From assembly GCA_963776345.1 (NCBI GenBank), contig CAVZMH010000024.1:64001-128000 (forward strand): 64,000 nt of DNA. The letters are read 5' to 3'. The translations under genes and the position numbers were made by a program. The stretch is from an uncultured delta proteobacterium (GTDB taxonomy: Bacteria; Myxococcota; Myxococcia; Myxococcales; Myxococcaceae). Below the pieces are notes generated by a model, which did not search any database, had not been told where the DNA came from, and worked only from the letters and a program-made list of their open reading frames with translations. Positions 18,907-28,484 of the stretch are shown here, piece after piece (positions within the stretch are counted from its first letter, which is position 1; every line of letters starts with the position of its first letter).

Positions 18907-21525
18907 ATGACGTCTCCGCCGATCTCCGAATCCCCCCCGCCCGACGACCGGTCCCGGCACCGGCTGGTCCTCGCGGAGCGTCCGCTCCCGCCGCCCGGCC
19001 CGCCCTGGAAGGTGTGGACGCGCCGCGGGGCGAAGGTCCTGGCGTTCCTGGCGCTGGTGGGGATGACCGCGGCGGTGATGGGCGGCGCCGCCGTCTACTA
19101 CGCGTTCAGCGAGGGCCTCCCCGAGATTCCCCGCGTCGCGGCCTGGGCACCTCCCCTCCTCACCGAGGTCTACGCCGACGATCGGGTGCTGGCCGGCGAG
19201 TTCTACGACGAGCGCCGCAAGCTCGTGCCCTACGAGCGCATCCCCAAGCGCCTGGTGCAGGCCTTCATCGCCTCGGAGGACGCGAGCTTCTTCGACCACC
19301 CCGGCATCGACGCGCTCGGCACGCTCCGGGCGGCGATCAAGACCGTGCTCAAGAAGTCCACCGGGGCGGGGAGCGTGCAGGGCGGCTCGACCCTCACCCA
19401 GCAGACTGCCAAGGCGGTCCTCGTCTCCTCCGAGGGGTTCGAGCGGGCGACGAGGCGCAGCGGCTCGGCGGGCCTCAAGCGCAAGGCACGGGAGGCCATC
19501 CTCGCGCTCCGGCTGGAGAAGACGCTCCGCAAGGAGGAGATCCTCTTCCTCTATCTGAACGGCGTGTACCTCGGGCACCACAGCTACGGGGTGCAGGCGG
19601 CGGCCGAGAACTACTTCCGCAAGGACGTGCGCGACCTCACGCTCGCCGAGTCGGCGCTGATCGCCGGCCTGCCCCAGGCCCCGAGCAAGTACTCGCCCTT
19701 CCTGAATCCAAGGAGCGCCCGCGCGCGCCGCGGCTACGTGCTGGGGCAGATGAAGGACAAGGGGATGATCTCCCGGGCCGAGTACGACGCGGCGATGGCC
19801 GAGGAGATCCACGTCTACCCGGTGGAGGACGTGTTCCACGAGTTCGCGCCCTACTTCGTGGAGCAGGTGCGCAAGGACGTGGTGCAGCACTACGGGAACC
19901 CCGCGCTGCTCCGGGGCGGGCTCAAGATCTTCACCACCATGGACTCGGAGAAGCAGCGCGCCGCGCAGGAGGCGATGCTCGGCGGTCTCCTCCAGGTGGA
20001 CAAGCGGCAGGGCTTCCGCGGCCCGGTGTTGACCCTCGACACGCCCGAGCAGAGGAAGGCGTTCGTCGACCGGAGCGAGAAGGCCCTCGAGGGCAAGCCC
20101 ATCGAGAACGGCCGCTACTACGTGGCCCTGGTCGCCGGCGTCGACGACACCCGGGTGGACGTGCAGGTCGGCACGCACAAGGGAGTCCTGCCGCTGCTCG
20201 GGATGCGCTGGGCGCGGAAGGTGAACCCCGAGGCCTACTACCCGGGGGCGATGCTCACCTCGGCCCGCAAGGTGGTGAAGCCGGGCGACGTCATCGTGGT
20301 CCGGGCGGTGCAGGCCAAGGAGCTGACGGACGACCGCGAGCAGTACGACCGGAAGCTCTTCGACGCGCTCCCCCAGAACGTCCAGCTCTACCGCCTGGAG
20401 CAGGAGCCCGAGCTGCAGGGCGCGCTGGTCTCCATCGACCCCCATCGGCAGTACCTCTCGGCGATGGTGGGCGGCTACGACTTCGACGCCAACGAGTACA
20501 ACCGGGCGTTCCAGGCCTGCCGGCAGCCGGGGAGCAGCTTCAAGCCGCTGGTCTACTCGGCGGCGCTGGAGAAGCTCGAGTGGACCGAGGCCCACGTCAT
20601 CGTGGACAGCCCCATCGTCGAGAACGACCCCGAGCATCAGGTTCGCTGGAAGCCCGAGAACTACTCCGAGGACTTCCACGGCGACGTTCTCTTGAGGACG
20701 GCGATCATCAATTCGATGAACATCCCCGCGGTGAAGACCTTCGTCGCGGTGGGCATCGAGCCGATGGCCCAGTGGGTGAAGAAGCTGGGGCTCAGCACGC
20801 CGATGAACCGGGACTTCTCGGCGGCCCTGGGCAGCTCGTGCGTCTACCCCTTCGAGCTGGCCCAGGTGTACGCGACCTTCAACCGGCTGGGGGTGAAGAA
20901 GCCCACCTTCATGCTCCGGAAGATCGAGGACCGGTACGGCCGCACGCTCGAGGACCACACGGCGTTCGACGACCCCTGGGCCTCGCTCACCGACCGGATC
21001 GCCGGCGGCTACGCGCGGCTGTACGAGCCGGGCGAGCAGGTGATGGCGCCGGAGTCGGCGTGGATCCTCACCGACCTGCTCCGCGGCGTGGTGCGCGAGG
21101 GCACCGGCAGCCCGGCGCAGCGGCTGGGGAAGCCGGCTGCGGGGAAGACCGGGACCACCAACGACTCGTTCGACGCCTGGTTCGCCGGCTTCACCCGCGA
21201 TCTCGTCACCGTCGCCTGGGTGGGCTACGACCTGAACCCGCACCCGCTCGCCCGGTACGAGACCGGCGGGCGCGCCGCGCTGCCCATCTGGCTCAGCTAC
21301 ATGCAGCGGGCCCTGGACGGACGGCCGCAACCTGAGTTCGCGCCGCCTGACTGGCTGGAGGACTCGCTGGAGAAGAAGACCGTCGACACCAAGACCGGGA
21401 AGCTTGCCTCGTCGACGAGCCGGACCGCGGCGGTGATGTGGTTCAAGAAGGGCACCGCGCCCGAGGAGAAGACGCCGTCCAAGGACAGCGTCGACCCCTC
21501 GAAGTTCATGAGCCTGCCGAACTAG
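18907..21525 (+). CDS. mrcA: Penicillin-binding protein 1A (class A bifunctional, with OB insert)
   Basis: TM anchor; EDASFFDHPG, QGGSTLTQQTAK, RKARE; transpeptidase RQPGSSFKP, NSMN, GKTGT. Confidence 0.96.
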   Translation: MTSPPISESPPPDDRSRHRLVLAERPLPPPGPPWKVWTRRGAKVLAFLALVGMTAAVMGGAAVYYAFSEGLPEIPRVAAWAPPLLTEVYADDRVLAGEFYDERRKLVPYERIPKRLVQAFIASEDASFFDHPGIDALGTLRAAIKTVLKKSTGAGSVQGGSTLTQQTAKAVLVSSEGFERATRRSGSAGLKRKAREAILALRLEKTLRKEEILFLYLNGVYLGHHSYGVQAAAENYFRKDVRDLTLAESALIAGLPQAPSKYSPFLNPRSARARRGYVLGQMKDKGMISRAEYDAAMAEEIHVYPVEDVFHEFAPYFVEQVRKDVVQHYGNPALLRGGLKIFTTMDSEKQRAAQEAMLGGLLQVDKRQGFRGPVLTLDTPEQRKAFVDRSEKALEGKPIENGRYYVALVAGVDDTRVDVQVGTHKGVLPLLGMRWARKVNPEAYYPGAMLTSARKVVKPGDVIVVRAVQAKELTDDREQYDRKLFDALPQNVQLYRLEQEPELQGALVSIDPHRQYLSAMVGGYDFDANEYNRAFQACRQPGSSFKPLVYSAALEKLEWTEAHVIVDSPIVENDPEHQVRWKPENYSEDFHGDVLLRTAIINSMNIPAVKTFVAVGIEPMAQWVKKLGLSTPMNRDFSAALGSSCVYPFELAQVYATFNRLGVKKPTFMLRKIEDRYGRTLEDHTAFDDPWASLTDRIAGGYARLYEPGEQVMAPESAWILTDLLRGVVREGTGSPAQRLGKPAAGKTGTTNDSFDAWFAGFTRDLVTVAWVGYDLNPHPLARYETGGRAALPIWLSYMQRALDGRPQPEFAPPDWLEDSLEKKTVDTKTGKLASSTSRTAAVMWFKKGTAPEEKTPSKDSVDPSKFMSLPN

Positions 21526-21549
21526 GTCAGGGCGGCCGCAGTCAGCTAG
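21522..21549. repeat. Single CTAG-flanked copy of the 24-bp repeat monomer also found in the 53934-54339 array
   Basis: CTAG-GTCAGGGCGGCCGCAGTCAG-CTAG; 21526-21549 is identical to array units at 54000, 54086 and 54316. Confidence 0.9.
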
Positions 21550-22321
21550 GCGGCGGGCGGCGGTTGCCGCCCTTTCCCATCACCCGGGCGATGACCGCCT
21601 CGGGCACCAGCCGGCCGGCGCGGCTGGCGAGCACCATGGGCCACGGGTAGGCGAAGCTCTTCTGCCGCCGGAGGATGGCGCGCCCCATCCGGTCCGCCGC
21701 ATCGTCCGTCTCGAGCAGGAACGGCATCTTGAACTTGTTCTTCGCCGTCATCTCGCTCTTCACGAAGCCGGGGTGGATGCAGGTGACGGCGACGCCGGCG
21801 CTCTTGAGGTCGAGGTGGAGACTGTCGCAGTACACCTCGAGGAAAGCCTTGGTGGCCGAGTAGACCCCCATCTTCGGCGTCACGATCCGGGCGGCGAGCG
21901 AGGACATGCCGACCAGGTGCCCGCGTCCCCGCTCGGCCATGCGCGGGGCGAGGGTGGCGAGCGTCGCGGCCGCGCCGGTGACGTTGACCTGGATCATCCG
22001 CTCCACCTTCTCCCAGGTGTCCTTCCGCGGGTTGGCCTCGCCGCCGACGCCGGCGTTGGCGATGACCACGTCGAGGCCGCCGTCCGCCTGGGAGTCGATC
22101 TCAGGGAGCACCCGGCGGATGGCGGCGACGTCCGAGACGTCGAGCTGGAGCGGGACGATGGTGCCAGGCCGCGCGGTGGGATCGGCGGCGAGGGTGTCGA
22201 GCAGCTCGGTCCGCCGGGCCGCGGCCCAGACCCGCGCGCCGCGCCGGGCGAACCACAGCGCGAGCGCGCGGCCGAGCCCGCTGGACGCGCCGGTGACGAG
22301 GACGTTGCGAGGCTCACTCAC
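21542..22321 (-). CDS. Short-chain dehydrogenase/reductase
   Basis: VLVTGASSGLG, IANAG, YSATK catalytic motif, HPGFVKSEMT; GTGA overlap with the upstream permease. Confidence 0.95.
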   Translation of the reverse strand: MSEPRNVLVTGASSGLGRALALWFARRGARVWAAARRTELLDTLAADPTARPGTIVPLQLDVSDVAAIRRVLPEIDSQADGGLDVVIANAGVGGEANPRKDTWEKVERMIQVNVTGAAATLATLAPRMAERGRGHLVGMSSLAARIVTPKMGVYSATKAFLEVYCDSLHLDLKSAGVAVTCIHPGFVKSEMTAKNKFKMPFLLETDDAADRMGRAILRRQKSFAYPWPMVLASRAGRLVPEAVIARVMGKGGNRRPPPS

Positions 22322-23640
22322 GCGGGACTTCTCCCTTCTCGTTTCCAGAGCGCGTAGACCGGGAGCCCGGCCATGACCAGCCCCAGGCCGACGAGGGTGT
22401 TCACGGGGTACGCCCAGGCGGTGGAGAGGACCACCAGGCCGGCGACGGCGACGAACGCGCCGGTGCTCCACGGATGCCCGGGAACCCCGAAGCGGATCTC
22501 CGGGTCGCCGCTCCGGACAGCGCGGCTGCGCAGCACGAACAGCGACGCGGCGGACAGCCCGAAGAACACCCAGTCGGCCGAGACCACGTAGCCGAGGATC
22601 TGCTCGTACCGGCCGGAGAGCGCCACCGCGATGCCCAGCGCCGCCTGCAGCACGATGGCCACCACCGGCGCGCGCGTCCGCTCCGAGACCCGGGCCACGC
22701 CGCGGAAGAAGAGGCCGTCGGCGGCCATGGCGAAGTAGACCCGCGGCATCGTCAGGAGCGAGTGGCTCAGAAAGCCGAGGGTGGAGATGGCGATGCCCAG
22801 CGCGATGAAGGTGGCGCCCCGCTCGCCGAGCAGCCCGCGCATCAGCGTCGAGGCGGGCGTCCCGGTCGCCGCCAGCCCCTCGGGGCCGAGCCCCTGGAGG
22901 TAGACCCAGTTGGCTCCGAGGTAGAGAACCACCACGCCCAGGACGCCGGCGATGAGGGCGCGGGGCAGGTTGCGCCGCGGCTCGCGCACCTCGGCGGCGA
23001 GGAAGTTTGCCGCCTGCCAGCCGCCGTAGGCGAAGAGCACCGGGACCATCGCCCCGCCGAAGGCCAGCAGGCCATCGCTCCGGGCAGCGACCTCCGGCGG
23101 CGCCGGGTGGTGGAGCGCCAGGCCGAGGACGATCAGCGCCAGGAGGACGCCGATCTTGAGGACCATCAGCGCACCCTGGACCAGGCTCCCGCTCTTCACC
23201 CCCAGGCAGTTGATGGCCGCGAGGAGCGCGAGGGTGAGGACGGCCACGGTCTTCTCGTCGAGCGGAACGGAGGTGAGCTCCACGGCGTAGCGACCGAAGG
23301 TCACCGCGACCGCGGCGGTGCCCCCCGCGTTGATGACCACCAGCAGGGCCCACCCGTAGAGGAAGCCCACGACCGGATGGAAGGCCTCGCGGAGGTACGC
23401 GTACTGCCCGCCCACCCGGGGCATCCGCTCCGCCAGCTCGGCGTAGACGAACGCGCCCACCAGGGCCACGGCGCCGCCCACGAGCCACGCCCCGATGATC
23501 AGCGGCCCGGTGTGGACGTGCCGGGCGACGACCGACGGATTGATGAAGATGCCCGAGCCGACGATGCCGCCCATCACCACCAGCGTCGCCTCCACCAGCC
23601 CGAGGCGCGGGACGAGCGGGGAGGGCGACCACGAGCTCAC
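22318..23640 (-). CDS. APC-family amino acid permease (LAT-like)
   Basis: GGIVGSGIF, YAELAERMPRVGGQYAYL, LFAYGGW, EVREPRRNLPRA, RVYFAMAADGLFF. Confidence 0.95.
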   Translation of the reverse strand: MSSWSPSPLVPRLGLVEATLVVMGGIVGSGIFINPSVVARHVHTGPLIIGAWLVGGAVALVGAFVYAELAERMPRVGGQYAYLREAFHPVVGFLYGWALLVVINAGGTAAVAVTFGRYAVELTSVPLDEKTVAVLTLALLAAINCLGVKSGSLVQGALMVLKIGVLLALIVLGLALHHPAPPEVAARSDGLLAFGGAMVPVLFAYGGWQAANFLAAEVREPRRNLPRALIAGVLGVVVLYLGANWVYLQGLGPEGLAATGTPASTLMRGLLGERGATFIALGIAISTLGFLSHSLLTMPRVYFAMAADGLFFRGVARVSERTRAPVVAIVLQAALGIAVALSGRYEQILGYVVSADWVFFGLSAASLFVLRSRAVRSGDPEIRFGVPGHPWSTGAFVAVAGLVVLSTAWAYPVNTLVGLGLVMAGLPVYALWKREGRSPA

Positions 23641-23700
23641 CGGGATCAGCCTAGCCCGCCCAGTCGCGCCCCGGCCCGAGGCGGACCGAGGGGGGCAAGG

Positions 23701-23756
23701 AAGAAAGGAAGGTTTCCTGTCTAGTTCATGGAAATAGACAGGAGACTTCCTTTCTT
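23701..23756. repeat. Long AT-rich hairpin (terminator or REP-like palindrome)
   Basis: AAGAAAGGAAG pairs with CTTCCTTTCTT; TCCTGTCTA pairs with TAGACAGGA; lies between the HDAC stop and the permease start. Confidence 0.75.
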
Positions 23757-23785
23757 TCTCTCACCCCTCTCGGCGAGGACGCGCG

Positions 23786-24808
23786 TCAGAGCTTCCAGTA
23801 CGGCTTCAGCGCCTCCCGGCTCGCCTCGATGGCCTTCATCGCCTCCCGGCTCGCCCCGTGCGGGAAGTCGTCGTGCCGTCCGGCCATCACCTCGAGGCAG
23901 GCGTGCACGCTCCGGGGAAGCCCGAGCAGCGAGTACCCGCCCTCGAGCAGCAGCACCAGCCGCCCGCCCGCGACCTCGTCGGCGAGCGACTTCGTCGCGC
24001 TGCACATCGCGGCGAAACCCCGCTCGGTGCAGAGCATCCCGCCCAGCGGATCGTCCTCGTGCGCGTCGAAGCCCGCCGAGACGATGATCAGGTGCGGCCG
24101 GAAGGCCTGGGCGATGGGCAGGAAGATGTCGTGGAACGCCGCGCCGAGGTCGGCGTCGGTCCGTCCGGCGGGGAAGGGGACGTTCACCGTGTAGCCGGCG
24201 CCGGCCCGCTCGCCCGTCTCGTGCGAGGCGCCCGTCCCCGGGTAGAACGGGTACTGGTGTACCGACTGGTAGAGCACGTCCCCGCGCTCCCAGAAGGCCG
24301 CCTGGGTCCCGTTCCCGTGGTGCACGTCCCAGTCGAGGACCAGCACCCGCGCCGCGCCCAGGGTCCGCGCGGCCTCGGCCGCCACCGCGGCGTTGTTGAG
24401 GAAGCAGAAACCCATCATCCGGTTTGGCTCGGCGTGGTGGCCCGGGGGGCGCACCAGGGCGAACGCGGTCCGGTGCGTGCCGCCGAGCACCGCCTCCACC
24501 GCCTCGATGGCCGCGCCCGCCGCCGCCAGCGCCGCGTCGTGGGTGCTGGGCGAGGCGAAGGTGTCCCCGTCGACGGCCACGTGCGCGCCCTGGAGCCCGG
24601 CGAACTCCTCCAGCAGCTCGGGCTCGTGCACCCGCGCCAGCTCCTCCGGCCGGGCCAGGCGGGGAGCCCGGAATTCGAGCGTGGGGAGCCGGTTCTGCTC
24701 GAGGTAGTCGAGCGTCCGCGACAGGCGGAGCGGTGACTCGGGGTGCCCGCGCCCGGGCTGGTGCTCGAGAAACAGCGGGTGGGTGAGGACCAGGACGGGC
24801 GTGGACAC
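23786..24808 (-). CDS. Histone-deacetylase-family (class II-like) amidohydrolase
   Basis: [44 protein letters not shown]. Confidence 0.96.
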   Translation of the reverse strand: MSTPVLVLTHPLFLEHQPGRGHPESPLRLSRTLDYLEQNRLPTLEFRAPRLARPEELARVHEPELLEEFAGLQGAHVAVDGDTFASPSTHDAALAAAGAAIEAVEAVLGGTHRTAFALVRPPGHHAEPNRMMGFCFLNNAAVAAEAARTLGAARVLVLDWDVHHGNGTQAAFWERGDVLYQSVHQYPFYPGTGASHETGERAGAGYTVNVPFPAGRTDADLGAAFHDIFLPIAQAFRPHLIIVSAGFDAHEDDPLGGMLCTERGFAAMCSATKSLADEVAGGRLVLLLEGGYSLLGLPRSVHACLEVMAGRHDDFPHGASREAMKAIEASREALKPYWKL

Positions 24809-24912
24809 GGGCAGGGACGCCAGAATCTAGCGCAGCGCGCCGGCCCCGGCCGGGGACGACGAACGAGCTGGCCGCCGGACCGGTCGGGGAGAGTACAGTC
24901 CGGGGCTCATCC

Positions 24913-26646
24913 GTGGTGCGGTGGCTCCGACAACTGGGGCTGAGGAACGCGCTGTTCGGCGTCTCCAGCCTGTCGCTCCTGGCCGTGCTGGCGGCCATCT
25001 GGCTCTACGTCTCCCATGACGCCGGGCTGCTCGCCGCCATCCACCGTGGCGACGAGGCCGGGGTGCTGAGCCAGCTGGGGCGGACCCTGGTTCTGGCCAT
25101 GGTCGTGGGCTTCCTGGCCTTCGCCGCCGTGCTCCTGGTGCTGAGCCGGCTGGTCCTGACCCGTCCGCTGGGCGAGATCCTCGCCGCCGCGCGGCGGATG
25201 GGCGAGGCGGACCTGACCCAGACCGTCACCCTCGAGGGAGGGGCCGAGCTGGCCGTCCTGGCCGGGGCGCTCAACCGCATCGCCCAGGGTCTCCGGGACA
25301 CGCTGGCCCGGGTGCGCAGCGTGAGCGAGGGGGTGGGCTCGGTCATCGACCAGCTCTCGCGCTCCGGGGCCCAGGTGAGCTCGGGGGCGGCCAGCATCCA
25401 GTCGCAGGTCACCGAGACCAGCCGCTCGATGGCCGAGGCGATGGGCACGCACCAGGAGGTCGCCGCGCACGTCGAGGCGCTCCAGCGCACCGCCGAGGAG
25501 AGCTCGGCCCGCATCGCGGAGATCGCCCGCGGCAACGAGGAGGTCGCCCAGGGCGTGGAGCAGATGGCGGCCAGCGTCCAGGAGACCACCGCCGCCATCG
25601 ACGAGATGACCCGGAGCATCCTGGAGGTGGCGAAGGCCATCGACGAGCTCGGCGGCTCGACCGAGGAGACCTCGTTCAGCATCAAGCAGATGGACCTCAG
25701 CATCGGCCAGGTGGAGACCAACGCCAACGAGACCGCGCGGCTCTCCGAGCAGATGTCGGCGGAGGCGGCGAACGGCGTCCAGTCGCTCCAGAAGACGCTG
25801 GCCGGCATCGACCGCATCCGCGAGTCCAGCGAGCTGGCGGCGCGGGTCATCGAGGGGCTGGGCCACCGGGTGGGCGAGGTGGTGGCCATCCTCGACGTCA
25901 TCGACGAGGTGGCCGAGCAGACCAACCTCCTCGCCCTCAACGCCGCGATCATCGCCGCCCAGGCCGGCGAGCAGGGCAAGGGCTTCGCGGTGGTCGCCGA
26001 CGAGATCAAGGAGCTCGCCGAGCGCACCGGCGCCTCGACCAAGGAGATCTCCGAGCTCATCGCCCGGGTGCAGGAGGAGAGCAGGAACGCGGTCGAGGCG
26101 GTGGAGCAGGGCGTGCGGCACGTGCAGGAGGGGGTCGAGCTGGGTCGCGACGCCGAGACCGCGCTGAAGCGGATCAGCGCCACCGCCAACCGGAGCACGT
26201 TGATGGTGAAGGCCATCGCCCGGGCCACGGTGGAGCAGGCCCGGGGGAGCAGGAGCGTCACCTCGGCCGTCCAGCGCATCGCCGACACGGTGCAGTCGGT
26301 GACCCAGTCCGCGCAGGCCCAGGCCCACGGCACGGCCCGCATCACCCAGAGCGCGCAGCACATGCAGACCGTCACCGCGGACGTGCAGCGGCGGAGCCAG
26401 GAGCAGGCGGCCGGCAGCCGGCAGATCACCCGGGGCCTCGAGGCGATGCGCGAGCGGGTCCAGCAGCTCGAGCGTGCGCAGCGCGAGCAGACCCGCGGCT
26501 CGGCGGTGGTGCTCAAGACCATGGAGGCCATCCGGGGCGTCAGCGAGGAGCAGGCCCGCTCGGTGCGTCAGCTGGAGGAGGCCATCGCCCGGCTCCAGGA
26601 GGAGGCCGAGGTCCTTCGCGGGGAGGTGCGCCGGTTCCGTCTATGA
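24913..26646 (+). CDS. Methyl-accepting chemotaxis protein (2 TM, HAMP, long signalling domain)
   Basis: [43 protein letters not shown] hairpin tip. Confidence 0.95.
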   Translation: MVRWLRQLGLRNALFGVSSLSLLAVLAAIWLYVSHDAGLLAAIHRGDEAGVLSQLGRTLVLAMVVGFLAFAAVLLVLSRLVLTRPLGEILAAARRMGEADLTQTVTLEGGAELAVLAGALNRIAQGLRDTLARVRSVSEGVGSVIDQLSRSGAQVSSGAASIQSQVTETSRSMAEAMGTHQEVAAHVEALQRTAEESSARIAEIARGNEEVAQGVEQMAASVQETTAAIDEMTRSILEVAKAIDELGGSTEETSFSIKQMDLSIGQVETNANETARLSEQMSAEAANGVQSLQKTLAGIDRIRESSELAARVIEGLGHRVGEVVAILDVIDEVAEQTNLLALNAAIIAAQAGEQGKGFAVVADEIKELAERTGASTKEISELIARVQEESRNAVEAVEQGVRHVQEGVELGRDAETALKRISATANRSTLMVKAIARATVEQARGSRSVTSAVQRIADTVQSVTQSAQAQAHGTARITQSAQHMQTVTADVQRRSQEQAAGSRQITRGLEAMRERVQQLERAQREQTRGSAVVLKTMEAIRGVSEEQARSVRQLEEAIARLQEEAEVLRGEVRRFRL

Positions 26647-26797
26647 GTCCCCGCCGCGCGCCGTATCGCAGGTGCTGTTCGTGCAACCCGACGGCAGGCT
26701 GGGCAACGTGCCGGCGCTCGGCCGGATGGCCATCGCGCTGACCCCGGTCCCGGGGGGAATGGCAACCGCCTCAAAAGAGGTTTAAGAGCGCGGAAGG

Positions 26798-27262
26798 ATG
26801 TTCAACCTTGGCGCCGGCGAGATCGCCGTCATCATGATCGTCGCCCTGCTGCTGCTCGGCCCGGACAAGCTGCCGGAGCTGGCACGCGGGATCGGCAAGT
26901 TCGTGCGCGAGTTCCGGCGGCAGACGGACGACGTGCGCGGCCTGGTCGAGCGCGAATTCTACAAGATGGACCAGGAGGTCTTCACCGAGGACCCCGCGCA
27001 GGCCAAGCGCATCGAGCCGCCCGCGCCGGCCGAGCCCGTGCCCCCGCCCGCCGTCGGTCCGGAGGGCGAGCTGACCCCGCCGGCGTACCCGTCCATCTTC
27101 CCGCCGCCCGAGGGAGTCGTCGCCGCGTCCTCGGCCGGCCCCGCGCCCCTGACGCCGGAGGAGCCGCCGGCGCCCGCCACGCCCGTGGAGCCGGCCACGG
27201 CGCCGCCCTCCGAGCCCGTCGCCGCCGCGCATCCGGAGGGCGACCCCGCGCAGCATGGCTGA
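26798..27262 (+). CDS. tatB: Twin-arginine translocase TatB
   Basis: MFNLGAGEIAVIMIVALLLLGPDKLPELARGIGK; Pro-rich tail; precedes tatC. Confidence 0.92.
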   Translation: MFNLGAGEIAVIMIVALLLLGPDKLPELARGIGKFVREFRRQTDDVRGLVEREFYKMDQEVFTEDPAQAKRIEPPAPAEPVPPPAVGPEGELTPPAYPSIFPPPEGVVAASSAGPAPLTPEEPPAPATPVEPATAPPSEPVAAAHPEGDPAQHG

Positions 27263-28484
27263 GGAGCCGATCCAGGCGCGGATGAGCCTCGCCGAGCATC
27301 TCGGCGAGCTACGCAAGCGGCTCCTCCGCGTGGTCATCGCCGTGCTGGTGCTCGGCGCGGCGGGCCTGGTGTTCGCCCGGCCCATCTTCGGCTTCCTGAT
27401 GAAGCCGGTGCTGGACGCGCTCCCGCCCGCGGACCGGAGCCTCATCTACACCTCGGGCATCGAGGAGCTGAACGTGTTGATGAAGGTCGGCCTGTACGCC
27501 GGCATCTTCCTCGCCACCCCCGTGCTCCTGGGGCAGGTCTGGGGCTTCGTCGCCCCGGGGCTCTACCCGCGCGAGCGGAAGTACGCCTTCCCCTTCGTGC
27601 TGCTCGGCTCGATCGCCTTCCTGCTCGGCGCGACGTTCTGCTACCTGGTGGTGCTGCCGACCATGTTCAATTTCCTGCTCTCCAGCGGGGAGACCGGGCC
27701 GATCAAGGCGCGGGTGGAGCGGGCGCGGGCGGTGGAGCTGGAGGCGCTGCGCTTCGCCCGTTCGGGTGATTTCGAGCGCGCCGCCAACCTGGCCGACGGT
27801 GAGGTCCAGCGGCTGACCGGCCTCGGCGACGGACGGGTGTCCACGCCCGACCGGTTTGCCGACGGGGTGGTGGAGCTGCAGGCCCGGCTCGAGGCCGAGG
27901 GGCGGCTGCTGGACTCGACCCGCGACGGACTCGGGCTGGGCGCCGCGCCGGCGCTCCGACAATCGCTGGAGAAGCGGATGGAGGCGGTGGACGCGTTCCA
28001 GTCCGGCTCGCTGGGGAAGGCGTCGGAGTCGCTGGAGCAGTCGGCCTCGCTGCTCGCCGGCGCCGCCGGGAGCCAGGGCTCCCAGGTGGCGAGGCTGTGG
28101 AAGATGCAGAAGACGCTCGCCGCAGGTCAGAGCTCGCTGGCCCAGGAGGCCTGGACCCGTCCGCTGCTCACCATGAGCGAGCAGCTGTCCCTGGTGCTGA
28201 TGCTCCTGCTCGCGCTCGGGGTGGTGTTCGAGCTGCCGCTGGTGATGGCCCTGCTCGCCGCGCTGGGTTTGGTGAAGGCGCGCTTCCTGATGAGGTACCA
28301 GCGGCACGCCATCGTGGTCTGCCTCATCCTCGCCGCGGTCATCACCCCGACGGGCGACCCCATCAACATGGGCATCCTCGCCGGGCCGATGCTGCTCTGC
28401 TACGAGGTGGGCGTGGTGGCCGCCTGGCTCATCGAGCGCCGGCGGACGCGGAACTCGGCGGAGACCGCGCTCACCCCCACCTGA
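27255..28484 (+). CDS. tatC: Twin-arginine translocase TatC with a large loop insertion
   Basis: MSLAEHLGELRKRL, WGFVAPGLYPRE, GVVFELP, AVITPTGDP, YE. Confidence 0.93.
   Translation: MAEEPIQARMSLAEHLGELRKRLLRVVIAVLVLGAAGLVFARPIFGFLMKPVLDALPPADRSLIYTSGIEELNVLMKVGLYAGIFLATPVLLGQVWGFVAPGLYPRERKYAFPFVLLGSIAFLLGATFCYLVVLPTMFNFLLSSGETGPIKARVERARAVELEALRFARSGDFERAANLADGEVQRLTGLGDGRVSTPDRFADGVVELQARLEAEGRLLDSTRDGLGLGAAPALRQSLEKRMEAVDAFQSGSLGKASESLEQSASLLAGAAGSQGSQVARLWKMQKTLAAGQSSLAQEAWTRPLLTMSEQLSLVLMLLLALGVVFELPLVMALLAALGLVKARFLMRYQRHAIVVCLILAAVITPTGDPINMGILAGPMLLCYEVGVVAAWLIERRRTRNSAETALTPT

Noticed and set aside
26760..26790. Riboswitch upstream of tatB (CCTC-AAAA-GAGG hairpin)
   Set aside because: Only a 4-bp stem, without the conserved elements of any riboswitch class I recognise.
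27680..28155. Intein in tatC
   Set aside because: No Cys/Ser start with His-Asn end and no LAGLIDADG motifs; the insert looks like a helical periplasmic domain.
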